DNA from: Perkinsus chesapeaki ATCC PRA-425
Lineage: Eukaryota; Protista; Perkinsozoa
Reading direction: 5' to 3'
NCBI GenBank assembly: GCA_013115145.1
Contig: JAAPAO010000009.1
Coordinates: 97,157-161,156, forward strand
Length of the DNA: 64,000 bases
In this document: one piece after another, positions 24,795 through 38,779 of the stretch
How the letters are laid out: the number at the start of each line of letters is the position of its first letter
Position numbering within the stretch: position 1 is the first letter of the stretch
Program-made: the position numbers and the translations under genes
The notes under the pieces: model-generated
The model's database searches: none
Told to the model about the DNA's origin: nothing
The model's input: the letters and a program-made list of their open reading frames with translations, nothing else

Positions 24795-26152
24795 ATGTCT
24801 AGACAGTTTCGCGGTGAAGAGCACGAGCCCACCTGGGAGGAGGTGAAGGGACTTCTGGCCGATCCTGAGGCCCCTGTAGAGGCCAGGTATCGCGCTCTCT
24901 TCTACGCCCGAAGCCGTGATGACTCTGAGGCGATCGAGGCCCTTTATAAGGTTTTGGAGCCCGAAACCAAATCTGTAGGGGGACAGGAAGTGGGAAGTTT
25001 TAAAGGTATTTTTACAGGTCCTGCTTCGCCACGAGGCTTGTTACTGCATTGGACAGATGGAGCATGGCTTGGAGGGCGCGTGGAAGCTGGAGAGTGTTAT
25101 GGACGATGTTAATGAGCATCCTATGGTAAGTATCTTGAGCTTCAGCGAGGAAGATACCCAGGAGGTTGAGTCGGTTATGTGGTTTATGTAGGTCCGTCAT
25201 GAAGCCATCGAAGGTCTCGCTGCTTGCGGTTCCGTCGATTCTCTCGAAAAAATTCGCCCCTACCTCACCCACGAGAATGAGGCTGTTAGAGATACTGCCA
25301 CATTGGCTGTTGAGTCTCTCGAGAGTAATGTGGTCCATACCGCTCTCTTCTCTACTCCTCCATCTCAGATCTGAAGAAGACCAAGGATACCGACGCCCAG
25401 CGCAGTGAGTTCAACACTGTCGATCCCATTGGAGCCAAGGCCCGCCAGCACGCCACTAAGACCGAAGATGTACGCGTGTACAAGGGCTTTAGCGCCATCT
25501 CACCTTTCCTCAGGCCGCCCGGCGTCTCATGGATCCCAAGGCCAAGCTATCGGATAGATACGCTGCGATGTATCAGCTCCGTGCTGCCACCTTGCCCGGC
25601 TCAGTGTAAGCCTTCTGTTTCCCCCACATATCAAAGAGTTTGATGGTGCAGGTCTCCCGATCCTGAGGCTTTGAAGGCCCTAGCGCGGGTGCTCAGAGAG
25701 GACCACTCCTCAGCTTTGATGAGGCACGAGCTCGCCTTTGTCGTTGCCCAGGTGGCTTTCGATGCTGATAAGGATATGGTAGGCTTCCTTCGGTCCCTCC
25801 AATGTCTCCCACTTTCCCTTCTTTAGACCCTTTCCAGCGTGCAAGCTCTCATCGACTCTGTTAAGGACACTGACGAGGCCTGCATGGTCCGTCACGAGTC
25901 CGCTGTGGCCCTTGGTTCCATTGGGGGCGAGGAGGCTACCAAGTTCCTCAGAGACTACGTTCAAAGGCCTGTCAACCACGACGAGGTAACAACCATTTCA
26001 TCTCCCTCCTCTTCCTCAGTTGGCCTCCTTCTTAGGATGAAGCTGTCGTGATTGAGAGCTGCAAGGTGGCCCTGGATGCCATCAACTTCTGGTCGGACAT
26101 GAGCACCGGCACCACTGAGGAGCCTGCCTCCGCCGCGGTCGCCGCTGCCTAA
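24795..26152 (+). CDS. DOHH: Deoxyhypusine hydroxylase
   Basis: Four HE motifs: LLRHEACYCIGQ, MVRHEAIEGL, LMRHELAF, MVRHESAVALG; EFNTVDP linker. Confidence 0.92.
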
Positions 26153-26409
26153 ACGCCGGAAGCACCACGTTAAATTATAGCTTTGTTACATTTCCTCGAC
26201 CCGCTACTGCTGCTGTGATGCCGAGTTAGGACCCTATCAGGGAAGGAGACAGTTTGCGCAATCTGCCATAGTCAACATCATAAACGAGTTTCTTATCAAG
26301 TACTGTCGTATCTTTTCACTGAATCTACCTCCAGTTTGAGTTCAGTCATCCCAATAGGAGTATCTTCTTCCAGCTTGGCCGTGGAAGCTTTTGCTTAACT
26401 GGGCACACT

Positions 26410-29400
26410 ATGGCCGATGACGCCACACCTTCGGGGGAGAGCGGTCAAAAGTTGATGAGCGACACGAGCCTGGTTACCAGCGGGTGCGGTGGGGTGGATA
26501 GTGTTATGAGCAGCGGGACTAACAGCCCTCGGTCCTCCGTCGAGGCGACCATCGCCTCCGGGCCTGGCTCGGGAATTCTCTATTTCAACTGTACTACCCG
26601 TTCTGCGCCGTCCTGTGGACCATTCTGCTGTATCAGTCGTGGACACTCGTGTGAGCCCAGCAGTTTCCCCTAAGGGCGGCGGTAAGTCTTCAGCCGCAGT
26701 AGTCGATGCTGCCACAGCGGCGGCCTCGGGTAGAGGCGCAGGAGGCCGCCTGATGCCTGAGAGATCGCCGCCCTCTACGGGGCCTCGCTACGCCTTTTGT
26801 GTTCGCAGTGACATCTTTTCTCAGTACTACGTCAGTGAAAGCAGGTGAAGCAGAAGACGGTTAGATACCATGTAGGGCACCTGCTTTAGGTTTGCGGATG
26901 CCTTGATCATCCCGGCAACCTTCGACTGGCCCCTAGAGCTCTGCCTAGTGGTGCAGCCAGGACCAGTAGTAATCTGTCTCTCAGTTGCGGTTTCGGAATC
27001 ACATTCTCAGGGGGTGCCGTTCCCGTCCACTCTGCCGTGGTATTGCCGGGGCGAGCGCGGGGCCAATGAGAGTGGCACGAAGCCCTCGAAGGCCAGCGAC
27101 TCGCCGAGGCCGGGAAAGGCTCAAGCTGAAATTGTCGGGGAACCGCTGAAGGTACGGTAAGAGGCCCATGGTCACGGCCAGCTCGGATGCAGATATCCTA
27201 CAGAGAGGCCGGCCGCGGAGGGCACATGGTGGACCGATGGGTACAGTTTACCCACGATAGCAAGCTACTGGAGGTATCGCCTTGAGGAAATCTACCCGGG
27301 GCAATTCTCGCGCGCCACGAATAGGTCCGTATACAATACAGCGTCTGCAAGGCCTGGGATATCTACTCCGACCCAACTCAGCTGGAGGAGGCCAGTAGGC
27401 CTGCCGTTGAGCAAATCCTTAAAATGGTTAACGATCCCGCAGGAGTAGGCCCTCGGTCGGACGAAGCCGTCACTGTCTGCTGCCATCCAGGTTCTGCCCT
27501 ACGCCCTGTATCATGTAGCCTCGGTGGCCAATAGCGATAAGACAGCTCTTATCCTAATGCACGCCATGGACTACAACTCAACTCTTCGTTTTTTCGGCAG
27601 GCTATCAGAACAGGAGGTAAGCTGCTCTGCTCATCATCCGGATGGGAAAGGTTGCGAAACGTTACAGGGCCAGCTGTGGAGCTTTTGCCTGGCGCATTCG
27701 ATTTTATCGGCTCAGGCCGTAGATAATTGGGGATCGCTTATGACGTGGTGCGCAGCGCAGAGAGAAACTCTTAGACCGAGCTGGATTCTCACAGCTCGCT
27801 CAATAGAGCGACACAATCGGGCGTACCGGTTGAAAAGATCGTATTCTTTTCGAGGAGAGTCCTAGTCCGCTGGACCGCGCATGTAGTGTACCACAACGTA
27901 ACCAGCTCAAATCCGTTCAATACAGCAAGGCCTCATGTCTGCCCCTATAGTCCAACTCCCCCCATGTCCAATACAATCCCATCTCAGGTGTTCCGCGTTT
28001 CCGCCGGCGATCGACCGGTCCGACGACTTCTCTATTTGTTCAGCAAAATTGGTTGCTTTTTAAGGGCTTTTGTGACAGTCTACAGGCGGAGGCAGCTGAA
28101 GGAGTACCTCACCAATGTACAGGCTCAAGTGCACCAACTGGCCGCTCAGGGATCGGTACTATTTCGGGGCGCGCAAGAAACACGTCCACTGATCAGACTT
28201 TGACCCCACAGCAGCGGCTGAATAAACTCCAGAACATTCTCAATCGGCTGCTCGAGGCGCTCGTGGACTTCACGACTACGCAACTTCCCCGCCACTTCTT
28301 CCACGATCTTGATGATGCTTGCCGTCCCAACTTCAGCAACAGCAATCTGGTCATTGGAGGCGTCCTCTGCGTCCACGTGTGCTCGGTAGTGGAGACAGGC
28401 TATTTGCTAGAGCAACGTCCGATGCATTAGGCGGTTTTGGCAATGCCGAGGCAGCTGGAGTTCGTGGGAAAGGACGATCCCATTAGCCCAGTCGCTGCCG
28501 GAATCTGGCTGGCTTTGCTCAGGGCGACTTTCCTGTTCTATCTTATGGTAGAAATCTACTCCTTGCTGCTGAGAACGCAGTCCTTCTCTCAGCTGAGCGA
28601 GCAGCTCGATCCGGTCCGCATCTTCGAATATATCCCCGATGAAATCTACACTCTCGTCAGAGGCGTCGGCTTCGATGTACTACCTCTCCTTCCCCAATAA
28701 TTCCCCCAACTACGATGGTGCCAGGTGCGGGCCAAGGCCAACATCCAGTTCCAAATGCGGATTCTGCAGTCAAGAGGACTCCAGCCCCCGGACAAGTCGG
28801 ACAGGGCCTTGGAGACCTCAGCGGCAGCGGAGGTGCGGATGACCGAGAAGGCAGGGGCGTTGCTGAGGGACATGCTCAGCGAAAAGCTCTATGATGTTAC
28901 TAAGGTTATACACAACCGCCCTGAGTAATAGCGGACGGAACAGGTCGGGTCGGAGATGGTATCAGATTCATCCCGCAAGGCTTCAGTGTAAGGGAACTTA
29001 TGCTGCAGCTGGCCAAGTACGTGAAGGCTCGCAAGCCCGAGGGAAGCACCAAGGCCAGGATTAGTACCACTAAAGCCAAGGGCACCGCCGCCTCAACGGA
29101 TTCTGGACAACCGGAGAAGGATATTGTGCTAAGCGTTGGAGAGGGGTGTACCGAAGGTGGCTCCAGGTTCAAGTGACCCCCAACGGCATCTGCGATCGAT
29201 CGAGCATCGGCTCATTCGACTCCATTGTGGCCCGAGTAGAGCCGCTGTTTCAACGCTCTCTTCAATGGAGCAAGAGGGACCTCATCGAGAGTAACATTAT
29301 GCAGGGCATCAGCATAGTAACAACCAACATAAACGACACACAGATAATATTGTGGCGCGCGGTCAGGTTCGGCGGACCGCCAAGCCTCTCGAGGCCCTGC

Positions 29401-29452
29401 TGTCCAAGCGAAAGCCGCTGTCTCAAATGATAGCGGAGGGTCGTCTTCCTAA
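26410..29452 (+). CDS. Multi-exon hypothetical membrane protein (possibly more than one gene)
   Basis: Hydrophobic exons (LYYPFCAVLWTILLYQSW; AAGIWLALLRATFLFYLM) separated by many short exons; structure uncertain. Confidence 0.35.
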
Positions 29453-29519
29453 GAATTATATAGATCAGGTTGGTGCATCGCTCCGCCTTTTCTTTTATCC
29501 ATTTTCATCTTTAGTTATT

Positions 29520-30900
29520 TCCTGATGAACTTACTCCTGCTCCTTTGGCTTTGCCTCCGTCACCATTACGGAGGCGCTCGAGCATTTCGAATGAGAACAG
29601 GTAGGCCACCGTCGCTGCCCTCCTACACGCCACCGTGGCTCTCAGTCCCAACAGCCGCGATTCCTCCTCACCAAAGGGTTCCGCCCAGCGTCGTCGTAAG
29701 TCGAGTTCGCCGTCCATCAACAATGAACGTAGCGTATCACCACCTTCGGTGAGCGCCAAGAAGTCACCGTCACCACCTTCTCCTGCTGCTGCTGGTCGGA
29801 CTGATAATGGTACGCTCTTCATCAGTGCACTAGATTCCGTCGAGAGGCATTTCCGTGAAGGTTGAAATTAGTCTTTGTTTTATAGAATTATCTGGCATCT
29901 CGGGAATCCGGTGGGCTACGACAGTATCGTGCGCTCACCGGTGGGGCTAGATGCCTTTTCATGGCGCGAGACTCGCGTACAGGAGCTCCGGCAGGCCAGC
30001 CATCGCCGAGGAATATTGCTTTTTTGCACACACCAGTTTGTGATCATCTTTGTCCTTCAGCAAACAGTCTCGACGAACCAAAGACCGCAACAGAGACTTC
30101 TGCAGCCAAGGGCGAGCCACAGGCTAGTCAGCAGCCTATCATACCTTACACGAAGCAGGCCGAAACCCCCAAGGCCATAATGCCGGCTCCACGTGCTCAA
30201 GGAGCACCGCAGACCAAGAAACCAGGTATGGCGATTCTCACCCATCGTTTGTATATTGCTCGCGGTCAGGCTCACCAGCGCCTGCCGGTCCTCCTCCAAC
30301 AGGCACTCCCAGCGGAGGTATGCCTTTGCCGGAACTGCCGGAAGACGGCCTTCTTCGACAACACACGGGAGGCTCTAACACCCCTATATTACAGAGGGGA
30401 GCCTTTACGCCCCAGAAGGCCGTGGCCACGCCTTTCCTACAGCTTCTCGATAGCTTCTGCAAGAAGGCATGTGGGGCACCCGGCTCTGAGAACGGCGGCA
30501 GTCACCATGGAGGACAGCAGCATACTGGACCTGTGCACTATTTCCACCAGTAGCCCTGCTCTTTGTCCCATCTCTAGTAGGGGATTTGTTCAGGTATCAT
30601 TTACATGAGTATCATCGATCGGTTCACCATAATGCTCCTCAAGTCGTCCAGTTGACCAGTCCTATACCTCCTGGTAGCCCCGCTGGCCTTGGCCTGTTCG
30701 ATATGTCGTATCCTAGGTGCCTTTCACTCTCGGTCTCAATCGCCTGGTCAATCAGCGTTTCAAGGTCCTGTGGCCCATGGCCTCAGGACTAGCGTCTCCA
30801 GTGGCTCCTTGGCAGGATCGGATCAAGGTCAGACCCAACAACAGCAGCAACAACAGCCTCGCCCGCAACGACAAGGTAGAATTCATTCCGCAGAAGTAGC
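29520..30900 (+). CDS. Ser/Pro-rich low-complexity hypothetical protein
   Basis: In-phase join ...SISNENS|PNSRDSSSPKGSAQRRRKSSSPS...; boundaries uncertain. Confidence 0.25.
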
Positions 30901-31092
30901 CTGTCTAGTGTGCTCATCTCAGGTCAGCCGAAGGCCTCGAGTGTCCACGGACGTCAGAAAAAGCGACGCCACTGAGTTTCTTCATTCAATGGCAGTCTGT
31001 TGTTTTGTTATAATCTAATTGTGTCAAGGGGACAATCAGCCTATACCACACAGCCGGGCGAGGTCCCTCCAATTGTTGAACACCCCGTCTTC

Positions 31093-31376
31093 GCTCTTCC
31101 CTGTTCTCAATATACCCTCTGGAGCGATCTACACATGTACCATCTTCGGAGATGTTCCACGAAAGACAGTTGCCGAATATCTGATTATCGTGAAATTAGA
31201 TTCGTGATTCTTATTGTGAAATCTTGATATGTAACAGTTGCTGGCCACCTCTGCCGTATTGCGAAAAGTGACAAGTTGCATTGGACAGAGTAAACTCATA
31301 TCGCAATAGATATGCTTCGTTGCTCTTCCTTGTTCTCAATATACCCTCTGGAGCGATCTACGCATGTACCATCTTC
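31093..31376. repeat. 55-bp direct repeat, two copies (31093-31147, 31322-31376)
   Basis: gctcttccYtgttctcaatataccctctggagcgatctacRcatgtaccatcttc occurs twice with 2 mismatches. Confidence 0.9.
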
Positions 31377-31572
31377 ATGTCTCAGATGTTTGGTTACCTA
31401 CGCCATTTTGCAAGCGGTAGGTTGTGGTGGAGAGAATGAGTTGATATTTTCTATATCGTGTTTCCTCTCTTCTCAATCCGGTAATAACTTCTACCTCCGA
31501 TGGAAGTTAACTTGGAACTAAAGCTACCATAGAGTACTCGGAGAAACCTATATAATGCACATCTCAGCCATC

Positions 31573-33756
31573 TTAGCTCTCCTGCTTGGCAGTCTCCTCC
31601 TGATGCTGTTGCTCGGGCAACTCCCCAGGATGCAACCAACACACAGGATTCTTCTTCAGTGTTGTGACATCCATCTTGTGGCCGAAAAGCTCACGAATGT
31701 TACCGATGCCGTACTGGATCATGGTGGGTCGCTCGACAGAAAGGCCCCAGGCGATCACGGACACGTCCTCGGGGATGCCCTGGAGAAGGGGTCTCGTTGA
31801 CAGAGACAGTACCGCAAGCTTACCATCGGTCGAATCATCTCGGGTCTGAAGATACCGGAGTTGCCGATCTCGACCCACTTGTCGAGCATCGGATGGAAGG
31901 CGAAGATCTCCATGCTGGGCTCAGTATAGGGATTGTAGGCGGGCTTGAAGCGGAGATCTGTGAGGCCCATGCGGCGGAAGAACTCTCGGATGACCTGAAA
32001 AAGGCAGTTAATCGTAGAATGCCAGCGAGGGGGTTACCCCGATCAAGTTGCCTAGGGTGAGATTTCGGTCAGCGACGAAGCCCTCCACTTGATGGAACTC
32101 GGCAAGATGCGTCGCATCCAAAGTCTCATTACGGAAAACACGATCGATAGAGAAACACTTCTTGGGCCTGAACAGGTGAGCGAATCCTCCTCTCTGTACC
32201 GCGCAGCTCTATCAGCAGCTTACTTGAAAACACCTGTCCTGATGTAATCCTGACCCATCTCGTAAAGGACACGAGTGCTAACAGCGGTGGTATGGGTTCT
32301 GAAGAAGACCAAGTGGGGACGAGCGGCGAGGCAGATGGTCGGGCGCTCACCTGAGGATGTTCTTCCGGGACTCCTCCTCGGACCAGTCGTAGCGCCATCC
32401 GATGGAACCGTAGCCACCAACTTCGTGCATTTTCCTGTAAAGTGCAGTTATAGATTCGCAGGGATCGGCCACAGCAGCTTACTTGACGTCGTGCATGTAG
32501 TCCTTAGGGATGCGGTTGGTGTACTTTGGCGAGGTGATGAAGAAACTGAAAGGTCATCAAGCCAGCTGCGACGTGGGACTCGTGGCTTACGTGTCGTGGG
32601 CGTCTCTAGCCGGATGCTGTTGAGGCTGGAAAAGCGCATCGAAGTTCCAGAAGGAAGATTCAAGGAAACGATTGGTGGGCATCTCTTCGAAGCCCATTAA
32701 AAGGAGGATATTTCTACACAAAAGCTGCTGTGAATACAGACCGCCGGCGCGGCGATGCTGACCTGATCTCGGTCTTGACCTTGAGGAGTGGATGAAGATG
32801 TCCGCCACCGAGATCGCGGCCAAGGGCAGTCTTCAGGTTGTAACTGATTTGAGCAGCTGTCCGGCGGCCGCTGCCTACTAGAGGCGCCTACGGTTTGAAC
32901 TGGACATCCTTCCAAGACTTGTTCTGAATCATTTCCTGAGTGAGCTCAGTCTCCTGCTTAACAATCTCTGTCCTGAAGTTGCTGGTCTTGTCGACTTTGA
33001 AGCCTGTTGTCTTCGTGAGGTGAATCTGAAAAGATATTTTCAAGCTCAGATTGGCCTCAACTGAACCTACCAGTTTTCTCTTCCTGAGCATGTCCATGTC
33101 GGCCTTGCTCATGGAGTCGGTCTGGTCATTGTCGACCTGACAAAAGATACAAGTCAGTACAGCTTAGTGACCTCCGAAGATCGCACCTCCTTGAGCAGAT
33201 CAGCTACTGTATCCTCGATACCGCTCTTTGCTTTATCAGATAAAGATACCTCCTTGGTGGCCTTGTCCATAGAAAGCCAGCCGTTCTTCATGGCCGCACC
33301 GAAGCCCACCTGATCAACAGTCACCACCGCCATGGCTCGTACTGTGTACAAATACCTTGGCAATAGCGCCAAGAGTGGCATTGAGATCCTTTTGAGGGCA
33401 GGGCTCGTGGGCCTTGACATATCCTACGACCTACCAAGACCATAATCGTCATGCCCTCACCCAGGTCCTACCTGGGCCTCGGGGCTTCCTGCGGCGGCAT
33501 ACTGCTTTCCCTCGTCAGTAGTCGTCCACTTCTCCTCCTCGAAAGGGGTGGTCGTAACGTACTCAATAGACTAAAGGATGCACTGGACCGCGGCCCTGAG
33601 AGGTCCCATTAGTACCTCGAGACTCTTGATGACGCCAACGAGCTTGGCGTGGTCCCAACCGGCGCTGTGGGCCAAAGTGATAGAATCCTTGATGCCGTCG
33701 CCCTCGTCTATGACGGTGAGCAAGTTTTCCCGAGTGAGAGGTAATCCCGGAGCCAT
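31573..33756 (-). CDS. FARSA: Phenylalanyl-tRNA synthetase alpha subunit, cytosolic
   Basis: [86 protein letters not shown]. Confidence 0.95.
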
Positions 33757-33896
33757 TACTAAGAGGACAGTATGTGGGTAATAAACAACTGACAAAGATT
33801 CTCAGGAGCTCAACTCGACGCCAGTGCCGGCAAATACGTTGCCACGAAACGTTTTGGGAACGCTTCAATTCGGAGAGATGCGAATTTAAAAAGACC

Positions 33897-35811
<1,915 letters not shown>

Positions 35812-35867
35812 TTGAATAAGGGACACTAGTGGCTGGCTTTACAATCGACTGGATCGATTACAGAAAA

Positions 35868-35942
35868 TCCCCCGCGTGGGATTCGAACCTGTGCCTTTCG
35901 CATGAGACTTTTGTAATTTGCGCTAGCCCTCCCAAGCGAAGG
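35868..35942 (-). pseudogene. Degenerate tRNA-like sequence (tRNA-Met CAT-like)
   Basis: Minus strand 75 nt: 7-bp acceptor stem CCTTCGC/GCGGGGG, discriminator A then TTTT, B-box GGTTCGAATCC, AGTCTCAT anticodon context; D, anticodon and T stems disrupted. Confidence 0.45.
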
Positions 35943-36109
35943 CGCCGCTCCTGTTTATGCTGTCGTGGTGTGAAGTGTTCATTTTGATGCCGGCAGATGC
36001 TGTCTAGCGTGGGCGAGTGAACCACGTTATATTTAACAGCGGTGTACTTCAGTCGCTAGCGCCCCGTCCTCTAACGCAATTTACCGAATTAGTTTTTATA
36101 CTTGTAAAC

Positions 36110-37519
36110 ATGTTATCTCAACAATTTCTTTCCCCCCGCATCGGTGTATTGGGCGCCCGTTTTTATCACCATGCTGCCCCTGTCATTCAGGAGCTCAAGA
36201 CAAAAGTGCAACAGTTGGCCGCGAGGGAACAGCCGAAGCTCCTGGAGCTCAAAAAGAAGCATAAGGACGTTGTTATCGGCGAGGTCACTGCTGGTATGGT
36301 TGTTGGTGGAATGCGCGGCATTAAGGCCATGGTCACCGACACGTCTGATTTGGATGCTATCGAGGGCATTCGCTACCGGGGCATGACTCTCAACGAGGTC
36401 AACGAGGCCCTTCCCAAGGCTCAGCCACACGGCAAAGTCGGCCTACCTGAGGGAGCCTTCTGGTTGCTGATGACCGGCGAGGTCCCTACACCAGAAGTCG
36501 TCTCCCATCTCAATGAGGAGATGCATCGCCGAAGCTGGCTGCCTGCTGACGTGATTGAGTCCATTGATGCCTTGCCCACCTCGATGCACCCTATGACGCA
36601 ACTGTCTATTGGGGTATTGGCCTTGCAGCCTTACTCCCAGTTCACTCAGAAGTATTCTCAGGGCGGCCTGGCCAAGAAGGACTATTGGGAGTATATCCTA
36701 GATGATGCCATCACTTTAATTGCCAGGGTCCCCCAAGTGGCTGCTAGGATCTATCGGAGGTCGTTCCACAACAACATCCATATCGAGACCGACCCCCATC
36801 TGGATTGGGCTGGCAACTTCGCCAATATGCTCGGTGTGTCTGAGGACGAGAACTTCAAGGAGGCCACTCGTTTATATCTTGCCATGCACGCTGACCATGA
36901 GGGTGGTAACGTATCGTCCCACACAACCCATCTGGTTGGCTCTGCTCTGGCCGATCCCTTCTATGCTTGGGCGGCCGGCATCTGTGGTCTCGCCGGCCCC
37001 CTACATGGTCTCGCCAACCAGGAGTGTCTTAATTGGCTCACTAAGCTCAAGCAGTATCATGAGCGCTTGGGCATCGAGCCCAGTAAGGAGTCTGTGGCCC
37101 AGTACACCAAGGACACCATGGCCAAGGGCCTCGTGGTCCCCGGCTACGGCCACGCTGTTCTACGGGCCACCGACCCCCGGTATGCTCTAGAGAGGGAGTT
37201 CTGTCTGAAGCACATTGCCGATGATCCGATGTTCAAGCTGTCAGAAGTTTGTTTTGAGACCATCCCCCCAATCCTTCAGGCCACTGGTAAGATCCAGAAC
37301 CCATACCCTAACGTGGACGCCCTCTCGGGCACGATGATGCAGCATTACGGTCTTAAGGAGTCGGATTACTATACCGTAACCTTCGCGGTGTCGAGAACTC
37401 TTGGCGTTATGGCCCAGCTGATTTGGGCTAGGGCCATGGCCATGCCGATTGAGAGGCCGAAGTCTGTTACGTTGGAGTGGCTGTCTAAGACGGTCATGGA
37501 CAAGGCTGGAGGAAAGTGA
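36110..37519 (+). CDS. CS: Mitochondrial citrate synthase, intronless
   Basis: GGMRGIK, GIRYRG, HADHEGGNVSSH, LAGPLHGLANQE, VPGYGHAVLR.TDPR, YPNVDA, TFAVSR. Confidence 0.97.
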   Translation: MLSQQFLSPRIGVLGARFYHHAAPVIQELKTKVQQLAAREQPKLLELKKKHKDVVIGEVTAGMVVGGMRGIKAMVTDTSDLDAIEGIRYRGMTLNEVNEALPKAQPHGKVGLPEGAFWLLMTGEVPTPEVVSHLNEEMHRRSWLPADVIESIDALPTSMHPMTQLSIGVLALQPYSQFTQKYSQGGLAKKDYWEYILDDAITLIARVPQVAARIYRRSFHNNIHIETDPHLDWAGNFANMLGVSEDENFKEATRLYLAMHADHEGGNVSSHTTHLVGSALADPFYAWAAGICGLAGPLHGLANQECLNWLTKLKQYHERLGIEPSKESVAQYTKDTMAKGLVVPGYGHAVLRATDPRYALEREFCLKHIADDPMFKLSEVCFETIPPILQATGKIQNPYPNVDALSGTMMQHYGLKESDYYTVTFAVSRTLGVMAQLIWARAMAMPIERPKSVTLEWLSKTVMDKAGGK

Positions 37520-37720
37520 AAGACTTTTGTTGGGTAATTGACCCTCTTCTCGCCTCTGTTATTTTATACTTGCTTTCCAACTGGATCGGCCGTCCTGATG
37601 ATAGTCCAAGTTGATGAGTGTTTCCTGTGATCATTTCATATCTCATTATTTTCACGTGCATTATCATGTTGAGTTATTGCCTCGGGGACCACCTCGAGTA
37701 GGTCTGTTGGTTCGGATAAA

Positions 37721-38226
37721 ATGGCCGCTGTCGGTATTCCTATTAAACTACTTCACGAGTCAGTGGGCCACACGGTTACCGTTGAAATGCAAACGGGGGA
37801 GCTCTACAGGTAGTAGTAGCGGTGCACGCTCGAGAAGGGGGAGGCATGGCTGCTGTTGCAGGGGCCACCTTATCCACACTGAAGACAACATGAACCTCCT
37901 TATAGCAGAGGTGGTTGTGACCAGGAAGGACGGGAAGCAGACCAGTCTCGAGCAGGTAGAGGTCAGGCGGCGGTGATGGTAAAGATTGGTAGCTGCCAGG
38001 CCTACATCCGTGGTTCTAAGATTCGTTATGTCGTTGTGCCCGATAACCTTCGGTATGCCCCAATGTTCAAGCCACGAAGGCAGGGAGCTGGTACTAGTGG
38101 AGCATGCTTTGAGATGGTGGCATTGATGATGATACTGTTGTAGGCTCTGGATGGGGCAGTCTGACGGCTAAGGGTGGCAAGGGGGGTAAGGGTGGCAAGG
38201 GTGGCAAAGGAAAGGGAAGGTTCTAA
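37721..38226 (+). CDS. SNRPD3: Small nuclear ribonucleoprotein Sm D3
   Basis: [35 protein letters not shown]...[27 protein letters not shown]; 4 exons. Confidence 0.93.
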
Positions 38227-38779
38227 GTCTTTCCTTATACGGCGACGTCCCTAATATCGGCCTCGAGAAGAAGAAGAGTCAGTAGTATTGTAAAGGTTCT
38301 TCGAGGTCTCAGCGTTATTGATGGTGTTGAGTTTGTCATGAGGGAAGTTGGTAGTCTATTGTCCGGTTGTCATGTCTGAAGAGACTTTCTTAACCTATGA
38401 TACCGTTGGACCTAGAGGAGGTAGCAGCCGGGCCCTGTGTGTCGCTGCTATGGTATCTATTGAAGTAGCTTTGCCTTTGGAGTGTGGAACTTGATGAGTT
38501 CTAAATTTGTTTCCGAACTCAAGTCTGTTTATATCATCTCATTTTGGTTTTACCCAGTAGAAGCCGTCCCTTGAAGCTTTAGCCACCTTAGCTTGGGACG
38601 ACGTTGAGGAGTGGCCCGCGCTGCTGTCATTGATTCCCGTATAGCCGTCTGTGAGATAAATGGGTTTAGGAATGTACTGTACAAGGGGCCAGAAGTTATA
38701 CTATACGTATTAATTATATAATGATTGAATACCTATTCCATAATGCAAATGAATGTTATTGTTTCTTCCTCATTAGGAG

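Noticed and set aside
31566-31579. agccatcttagctc resembles part of the Perkinsus/dinoflagellate spliced leader
   Set aside because: Partial match only, antisense over the FARSA stop codon, and not upstream of a + strand start
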